From Gemmatimonas sp. (GTDB lineage: Bacteria > Krumholzibacteriota > Krumholzibacteriia > LZORAL124-64-63): a DNA stretch of 64,000 bases. Location: NCBI GenBank assembly GCA_013824755.1, contig PNOJ01000001.1, positions 14,474 through 78,473 of the forward strand. Direction: 5' to 3'. Each line of letters opens with the position of its first letter. Position 1 is the stretch's first letter. The notes under the pieces were generated by a model that did no database searches, was not told where the DNA came from, and saw nothing but the letters and a program-made list of their open reading frames with translations. This document shows positions 57,249 through 64,000 of this stretch, piece after piece. The translations under genes and the position numbers were made by a program.

Positions 57249-59301
57249 AGCTCTCGGTCGTCATCGTCCATTTCAACACCAGCGACGACCTCGGCCGCTG
57301 CCTGGACGCGCTGGCGCGCTGCCCGCCGACCTGCGACCACGCGGTGACGGTCGTGGACAACGCCTCGACCGACCCGGGCCTCGCCGCGGTCCGCGAGGCG
57401 CACCCGGGCGTGCGCTGGCTCGTGAACGCGCGCAACGAGGGCTACGCCCGCGGCTGCAACCGCGGCCTGCGGGCCGCCGACGCCGACTTCACCCTGCTGC
57501 TCAATCCGGACGTGGTGGTGCAGCCGGGCGCGATCGACGCGCTGCTGCGCGCCGCCGAGGCGCACCCCCGGGCCGGCCTGCTCGGCCCTCAGCTGCTGAA
57601 CGAGGACGGCACGATCCAGGAATCGTGCCGGCGCTTCTACACGCTCGGCACCCTGCTGATGCGGCGCACGGTCCTGGGACGCCTGGCGCCGAACTCCCGT
57701 GCCGTGGCCCGCCACCTCATGCGCGACTTCGACCACCTGGCGACGCGGCCCGTGGACTGGGTCATCGGCGGCTGCGTGCTCGTGCGCCGCGAGGCCGTGG
57801 CCCGCGTCGGCGCCATGGACGAACGCTTCTTCCTCTATTTCGAGGACGTCGACTGGTGCTACCGCATGGGCCAGGCCGGCTACGACGTGCTCTACGTCGC
57901 GGAGTCCCGCTTCGTCCACCGCCACCGCCGCGACAGCGCGCGCGGCCCGATGCGCCGCAGCTTCTGGCTGCACCTGACGAGCCTGATCTCCTTCTACGAG
58001 AAGTGGGGCCTGCTGGTCTACCTGCTCAAGCGCTGGCGCGACCCCCTCGGCACCTTCGCGTTCTGGTTGACCGATCTGGCGGCGCTGAACGCGTCGCTGC
58101 TGGCCGCCTACGCCCTGCGCGGCGCGCTGAACCCCTTCTTCGACGACCCGCTGCTGCCGCTCGCCTGGTACCAGCCCCTGTTCGTGTTCGCCAACCTGCT
58201 GACGAGCCTCGGCTTCCTGCTGCTGGGCCGCTACCGGCGCGGCGCCCGCGGCCGTTCCCCGCGGGCCGGGGACCGGATGCAGCAGGTCGCCGCCGTCACC
58301 TTGCTGCTGTGGGCGAGCACCTACATGAGCCATCAGCACGTCTACAGCCGCGTGGTGCTGCTGCTGTTCTGGCCGCTGCTGCTCGGGACGCTCCTGCTGA
58401 GCGAAACCGCGTTCCTGGCCTTGCGACGCCGCATGGAACGCGGTTACCTGTCGCTGGAGCGCACGCTGCTGGTGGGGGCCGACGCCGGGGTCAGGGACTG
58501 GCTGGAGCGCGGGCCGGACCCTCGCGGCTGCGGGCTGGACGTGGTGGGCTACCTGGCCGCCGACGTGGCCGAAGAGGGGACCGCGCGCAGCGGTCCTGAC
58601 GTGCCCCGCCTCGGCGCGCCCGCGGACCTCGTCGACATCGTCGACCGCTACCGCATCGCCCAGGTCGTGTTCTGGCAATGGCCGACGGGCGCGGCTCCCG
58701 AATGCGGGCGCTGGCGTTGCTGCGCCGGCGCCGGGTCCGGTTGCGTTGGCGGGTGGACTCCGCGGCGCTGCTGCAGGCCGGCGCCCGCGCCGAGGAATTC
58801 GGCGGCGCCGCGAGCGCCGTGCTCGATCCCGGGCCGGCGCGGCCCGGCCGGGACCTCGCCGGCCGCCTCGCCGCCGCGTCCCTGGGCCTGCTGCTGCTGC
58901 CGGTGTGCCTGCCGGCGGCTTCGCTGGCGAGGTTGCGGCGCGGCTGGGAGAACCGGGACTTCCTGGCGGCGCCCGCCGGCGAGGAGTCGCTGGCCCGCAC
59001 CTGGCGCCTGCTCTGCGGTCGCGATGGCCGACCCTGCGGCCTGCTGCGGCAACCCACCCTGGCCCGGGCCCTGATCACCGGCCGCCTGGCCCTGGCGGGG
59101 GCGCCGCTCGTTCCCTGCGGGCCCCACGGCGCGCCGCCGCCGCCCGGCGCCCTCGCGGATCCGTGGCGGCTCGAACCCCCCGCCGCCGGTCTCGGCGGCG
59201 TCTGGGCCGGACGCGGGGCGGCCCGCTTCCGACGCGCCCTGCACGACCCGGCCGGGATTTCCCGGCTCGAACGTGGGAACACCGAACAGGAGAACCCGTG
59301 A
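57245..59301 (+). CDS. GT2 fused to a WcaJ/WbaP-like membrane region with a degenerate catalytic domain (apparent frameshift about 58700)
   Basis: GT2 motifs (VVDNAS, LLNPD, FFLYFEDVDWC), then 4 TM helices (SRVVLLLFW), RTLLVGA...VVGYL and a phosphoglycosyltransferase-like remnant in ORF 58678..59301. Confidence 0.75.
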
Positions 59302-61709
59302 AGCGCATCCACCGGACCGCGAGCGCGCTCGCGCCCTTGATCTTCGTCTTGGCGCTGCTCGCCGCCGGCGCCGTCGCGCCCCGGGCGGTCGCCCAGGCGG
59401 TCCGCCTCGAAACCGTCCTGAGCGCCCAGGACTGCGTGGCCCTGCTGGCGGCCGACGGCCGGCTGTTCGGCGGCCTCGCCGAGGGGGGCGTGCTGGTGAT
59501 GGACGCCGACGGCGGCATCGTCGGGCGCTGGGGGGCGGTCGACGGGCTCGCCGGCGACCGCGTCGTCGACCTGGCCTGGAGCGGCACCCACCTGTGGGTG
59601 GCCTGCCAGGGCGCGGGCCTGACCCGCGTCGATCCCGAGCCGCTCGGCCCCGTGTTCCGGCAGGTGACCAACCTCGGCTCGGACCTCGAGATCACGGCCG
59701 TGGCCGCCGGCACCGAGCGCGTCTACTACGGTCTGCTGGACGGCGGCGTGGGCGTGATCAGCGGCGGCCTGCCCGGCGGCGTGATGACCACCGCGAACAC
59801 GCCCGGCCTGGTGAGCGACATCATCCTGGACCTGCTGCTGGACGGCGGGGACCTGTGGATCGCGACCGCCGCCGGCGTGTCGCTGCAGCGCAACAACGCG
59901 GTGAGCGACGCGAGCACCGGCATCGGTCCGCAGGCCGTGTTCGCGCTGCGGCTCGTCCCGGGGCTGGGGCTCCTGGCGGGCGCGGGCGACGGCGTCTGGT
60001 CGTGGGACGGGAGCGCGGGCGCGTGGTCCCGCCTGGGCGACCTCGCGCTGCCGGTGAGCGACCTCGCGAACGTCGGCGCCGAGCCCTGGGCCCTGGTCGT
60101 GGCGGACGGCGTCGCCGACCGCCTGCGTCGCTGGGACGGCGCGGCCTGGCAACCCGTCGACGCGCCTGCAACCGACGTGCACGCGCTCGAAGGCACCGAC
60201 CGGCTCTGGTGCGCCGGCCTGCGGCGTCCCGAGCCGGCGAACCTGAAGGCGGCCCGCGCCTTCGTCGCCGCCCGCGACGGCGACGGCTGGACCCTGAACC
60301 AGACGGACGAGCTGCTGTTCACCTCCGTGGACGGCGTCGCCTTCGACGCCGCGGGCGTGCCCTGGTTCGGCTCGCGGCAGGGGGGCGGCATCGCGCGGCG
60401 CGACGGCGGCGTCTGGACGCAGGTCGCGAACCTCGCCGCGACGGCCGCGGATTCGGTCGGGCTCTACAATTTCGACGGCGGCATGCTCGCGCTCACGGCC
60501 CGCGCCGACGGCGAGATCTGGTTCACGCAGTTCCAGACCGGCGTGATCCGCTACCGCCCCGGAATCCCCGACATGGACCACCTGACGCCCGACACGTCGC
60601 CGCTGTCGACGCGCCGCATCGTGCGGATCGTGCACCACCCCGACGGCCCCGTGCTGCTGCTGAGCGACCGCGACGGCGTCGACGTGCTGGTCGATCCCGA
60701 TCACTGGCGGGACCCGGCGTCCTGGATCCGCCTGCCGACCGACAACACCGGCCTGGGCGGCGGCGTCGTCTTCGACGCCGTGGTCGACGGCCGCGACCGC
60801 GTCTGGTTCGCGGTGACCGGCGTGGGCCTGGTGCTCTGGGACCTCAACGGCATCGGCGGCGCCGACGACGCGCTGACCTGGCACGACGCGGGCGACGACG
60901 TCTGGACGCCCCCGGCGACGTTGACGGCGGGCGTCTTCGACCTCACCAGCGCGCGCGCGGTGGACGTCGGCGCGGACGGGACGATCTGGGTCGGCGGCGG
61001 CAGCGGCCTGGCGCAGCTCTCCTACCGGTCGTACGACGACAACACGCTGGACATGACCCTGGTGCGCTCGCTGCGGGCGAAGGTCGACAGCGCGACGCCC
61101 GGCCTGCTCCAGGGCACGCTCCTGGACGTGGAGGTCGACGGCAACGGCGACGTGTGGGTCGGCCACGACGCCGGGTTCGAGCGTGTGCGGATCCGCGACG
61201 ACGAGGTGCTGGTCGATCCCTTCACCAACGCCGCCGAGTATGCGAGCTACGGGCTGTCCGCCTACTACACGGCGGACATCGTGGCCGGCACCCCGCAGGG
61301 CCCGGTGCGCGAGCTGACGACCGACGCCACGGGACTGCGGTTGCTGGCCGGCGCCGCGGGCGGCGCCGTGCTGGTGACCATCGCCCGCGACCGCGTCGAG
61401 GGGGAGGGGCCGCTCGCACCGCTCTTCCTCTACCCCAACCCGCTGCTGGTGGGCGAGCACGACGGCCTGCGCCTCGGCGGCATCGACGCCGAGACCGTCG
61501 CGACCTCCCTCGAGATCACCGGCGGCGCCCTGGTGGAGATCTTCACCGTCGACGGCCAGCTGGTGTACCGCGATCGCCACGTCGCGAACGACGCGGTGTT
61601 CTGGAACGGGATCAACCTCACGGGCGAGGTCGTGGCTTCCGGGACGTACCTCGCGCGCGTGGAGCTGTCGGGACAGGTGCGCGTGCTGCCGCTGGCCCTG
61701 GTCCGCTGA
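59298..61709 (+). CDS. PorZ-like secreted beta-propeller protein with T9SS-type/FlgD-Ig C-terminal domain
   Basis: Signal peptide; repeats like DGGDLWIAT..G, DGRDRVWF, DGNGDVWVG; C-terminus YPNP...IFTVDGQLV...WNG.N..G..VASGTY. Confidence 0.75.
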   Translation: MKRIHRTASALAPLIFVLALLAAGAVAPRAVAQAVRLETVLSAQDCVALLAADGRLFGGLAEGGVLVMDADGGIVGRWGAVDGLAGDRVVDLAWSGTHLWVACQGAGLTRVDPEPLGPVFRQVTNLGSDLEITAVAAGTERVYYGLLDGGVGVISGGLPGGVMTTANTPGLVSDIILDLLLDGGDLWIATAAGVSLQRNNAVSDASTGIGPQAVFALRLVPGLGLLAGAGDGVWSWDGSAGAWSRLGDLALPVSDLANVGAEPWALVVADGVADRLRRWDGAAWQPVDAPATDVHALEGTDRLWCAGLRRPEPANLKAARAFVAARDGDGWTLNQTDELLFTSVDGVAFDAAGVPWFGSRQGGGIARRDGGVWTQVANLAATAADSVGLYNFDGGMLALTARADGEIWFTQFQTGVIRYRPGIPDMDHLTPDTSPLSTRRIVRIVHHPDGPVLLLSDRDGVDVLVDPDHWRDPASWIRLPTDNTGLGGGVVFDAVVDGRDRVWFAVTGVGLVLWDLNGIGGADDALTWHDAGDDVWTPPATLTAGVFDLTSARAVDVGADGTIWVGGGSGLAQLSYRSYDDNTLDMTLVRSLRAKVDSATPGLLQGTLLDVEVDGNGDVWVGHDAGFERVRIRDDEVLVDPFTNAAEYASYGLSAYYTADIVAGTPQGPVRELTTDATGLRLLAGAAGGAVLVTIARDRVEGEGPLAPLFLYPNPLLVGEHDGLRLGGIDAETVATSLEITGGALVEIFTVDGQLVYRDRHVANDAVFWNGINLTGEVVASGTYLARVELSGQVRVLPLALVR

Positions 61710-61717
61710 GGGGCGGC

Positions 61718-62743
61718 ATGACGCATCGCGCTGCCAACCTCGAACTCGTCCGCGGCGCGCGTCCGGGACCGCACTGGCGACGCCTGCACGCGCGCTGCGG
61801 CGGCGGTTTCGCCGGCGCCGACGTCTGGACCGCGACGCTCTGCGCCAACCTGCCGCGCCGCTCGGGCGCCTGGGCGACCGCGACGTCGGCGGGGGAGACC
61901 GTCGGCGGGCTCGCCTGGCTCGAGACCGTGCGCGGCCCCTTCCGCACGCTGGAAGCGCACCACGCCGGCCTGCCCTGCGACCTGCTGCTGGATCCGGCTC
62001 TCGAACCCGCGCACCGTCGCGCCGCCGCCGCCGCCCTGCTGGGCGCCTGGACCGCGGCCGCGCGCTCGCCCCTGACCCTGGTCGCGACGCTCCACGCCGA
62101 GGGCCCCACCGACGACGAGGTGGCGGCGCCGCTGTCCGCGAGCGGGTTCCGCCGCACGGCGGTGCCCGTGGCCTACTTCCCGCTGGCGCAGGGCCTCGAC
62201 CACGTGGAGGCGCACCTGCTGAAGAAGAACCGGCGCAACGAACGCAACCGCTCGCTGCGGCGCGGCTGCACGACGCAGGTCACGTCCGACCCCGCGGTGA
62301 TCGACGAGTTCCTGCCGATCTACGCCGCGGCGATCCGGCGTTGGGGCTCGCCGCCCATCCCGTCCGGCTTGCTGCGGGGACTGCTCGCCGACGGCGACGG
62401 CGGCGCCTACTGCACCACGGTCCGTCGCGACGGCGCCCTGCTGGGCGCCCATCTCTGCCTGCAGGCCGGCGGCACGGTGACCGCCTGGGTCGGGGCCACG
62501 GTCGACAGTACCCGCGACGGCACCGACGACGTCTTCCCGGCGACCATGCTGGTCTGGGCGGATCTCGTGGAGGCCTGCCGGCGCGGCGCGTCGCGCCTGG
62601 ACCTCGGCGGCCACGGCGGCCAGCGGGGGGTGGCGCAGTTCAAGGAACTGCTCGGCGCCCTCACGCTGGAACGCGCGATGTGGCGGCGGACGTCGCGCCT
62701 CGGTGCGGCGGCGCTGGCGGCGCGACGGGGAGGGGGCCGTTGA
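61718..62743 (+). CDS. GNAT family (FemAB/CelD-BcsL-like) acyltransferase
   Basis: KKNRRNERNRSLRRG, LVEACRRGASRLDLGG...VAQFKELLGA. Confidence 0.75.
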   Translation: MTHRAANLELVRGARPGPHWRRLHARCGGGFAGADVWTATLCANLPRRSGAWATATSAGETVGGLAWLETVRGPFRTLEAHHAGLPCDLLLDPALEPAHRRAAAAALLGAWTAAARSPLTLVATLHAEGPTDDEVAAPLSASGFRRTAVPVAYFPLAQGLDHVEAHLLKKNRRNERNRSLRRGCTTQVTSDPAVIDEFLPIYAAAIRRWGSPPIPSGLLRGLLADGDGGAYCTTVRRDGALLGAHLCLQAGGTVTAWVGATVDSTRDGTDDVFPATMLVWADLVEACRRGASRLDLGGHGGQRGVAQFKELLGALTLERAMWRRTSRLGAAALAARRGGGR

Positions 62744-64000
62744 AGCTCCTGCGCGAGGGTGCGGCGGTGCTGGGTCTGCGGCTCGGCCAGGCCGCGGCCG
62801 GGGCGGGCGCCGGGTTGGTGGTCGCACGCGCGCTCGGCCCCGACGGGCAGGGCCGTTACGCGCTGGGGATCACGCTGCTGTTGTTCGCGGCCGCGGCCGT
62901 CAACGGCGGCGTGGGCCTGGCCGCCGTCCCGGCGATCCGGGGCCGGCCGGCCTCGGCGCGGTCCCTGATGCGGACCCAGGCGCTCTGGACGGGCGCCGCG
63001 TCGTTGGCGGCCGCCGCGCTGGGGGCGCTGGCCTGGCGGACGGAGGCGGGCGCGTCGCTCGCCGCCCGCCTCGGCTGGAGCGGCGCGACCGCCGCGGCGA
63101 TGGTCGGCGCGCTCGCCGCCCTGGTGCTGTGCGACATCCTCGCCTACGACCTGCTGGCCTTGGGCCGCCTGCGGACGGGCACCGCCGTGAACCTCGGCAG
63201 GGGGCTGCTGCAACTGGCCCTGCTGGGGGCGGCGCTCGCCTCCGGCGCCTTCGGCCTCACGGCAGCCCTGGTCATCTTCTGCGTCAGCCAGGTGGCCGGC
63301 GTCGTGGTGTTCGCGGTCCTGGCCGTGCGCCACGCACGCCACGCGGGCTGCGCGACCGAGGCGGCGCCGGTCCGTCACGCCGTCGGTTGGGCGGGGCTCG
63401 TGCGGGCCGGTTGGCAGGGCCAGTTGTCCGCGGTCGTGTCGCTGCTCCACATGCGCCTGGCCCTGGCCCTGGTCGCGGCCTGGCACGGCGCGACGGCGGT
63501 GGGGATCTACTCGGTGGCGGTGATGATCGGCGAGGTGCTCTGGCTGCTGCCGAGCGCGCTGCAACCCCTGCTGGTCTGGTCCGCCGCGGCGCCGGACCGG
63601 GCGACGGGCGACGACACCTCGGCGCGCGCCGTGCGGGTCGCGCTCGCGGCCACGACGATCGCCGCCTGCCTGACGGCGGTCGCCGCGCCGCTGCTGCTCG
63701 CCCCGCTCTTCGGGGCGCAGTACCGCGCGGCGGTGCCGGTCCTGTGGGCGCTGCTGCCCGGCATCGTGGCCTGCGCGCCGGGCGCCGTGCTGGCGGGCGA
63801 CTTCATCGGCCGCGGCCGTTCCGCCTGGAACACCCAGGCCAGTCTCGTCACCCTGGCGGTCAACGCCGGAGCGGGCCTGGCGCTGATCCCGGATCACGGT
63901 CTGCAGGGCGCCGCGCTGGCCACCTCCCTGGCCTACACCGTGGGCAGCGCGGTCATGCTGGCCCGCTTCCGCCGGGTCGCCTCGCTGCCCTGGCGACGGC
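62740..64000 (+). CDS. Wzx/MOP-family oligosaccharide flippase (runs off the window end)
   Basis: TTG overlaps the previous stop; VARALGPDGQGRYAL, AVGIYSVAV, LIPDHGLQGAALATS; many TM helices. Confidence 0.85.
   Translation, partial: MKLLREGAAVLGLRLGQAAAGAGAGLVVARALGPDGQGRYALGITLLLFAAAAVNGGVGLAAVPAIRGRPASARSLMRTQALWTGAASLAAAALGALAWRTEAGASLAARLGWSGATAAAMVGALAALVLCDILAYDLLALGRLRTGTAVNLGRGLLQLALLGAALASGAFGLTAALVIFCVSQVAGVVVFAVLAVRHARHAGCATEAAPVRHAVGWAGLVRAGWQGQLSAVVSLLHMRLALALVAAWHGATAVGIYSVAVMIGEVLWLLPSALQPLLVWSAAAPDRATGDDTSARAVRVALAATTIAACLTAVAAPLLLAPLFGAQYRAAVPVLWALLPGIVACAPGAVLAGDFIGRGRSAWNTQASLVTLAVNAGAGLALIPDHGLQGAALATSLAYTVGSAVMLARFRRVASLPWRR

Overview
Very GC-rich (roughly 70-75% by eye) chromosomal window from a diderm bacterium. 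Lipoproteins, a TonB-like protein, a T9SS/FlgD-type C-terminal domain, SpoVG, Smc and DUF2723 suggest an FCB-group lineage such as Krumholzibacteria/Latescibacteria; this is an inference. The content is mostly core housekeeping: mnmA; eight tRNAs; tadA; SRP RNA-dnaX-ybaB-recR; pgpA-cinA-thpR-recA-recX; ispE-spoVG-tRNA-Gln-prs-rplY-pth-rpsF-rpsR-rplI; selA; smc-ftsY; and an FMN riboswitch with ribDEBAH-nusB. There is also a NikR-regulated ECF nickel-uptake operon between two tRNA-Arg(ACG) genes, and an 18-kb glycosylation cluster running off the right end. No integrase, transposase, CRISPR array or rRNA was seen. Five genes carry single-site frameshifts (six sites), which probably reflect assembly errors. 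The most unusual items are: (i) a 244-bp T-shaped palindromic element at 30137-30380 with REP-like ends; (ii) a degenerate MglB/MglA pair behind a sigma28-type promoter; (iii) a Walker-A-less MinD/BY-kinase-like domain fused via a TM helix to a SPOR domain just upstream of smc; (iv) a cluster combining a TMEM260-like GT-C, YfhO, polyprenol-P-mannose synthase, a GT2/pseudo-phosphoglycosyltransferase fusion and a PorZ-like protein, a candidate surface-protein glycosylation system; (v) a nickel operon in which each exported protein's predicted mature N-terminus is His, including a putative outer-membrane barrel.
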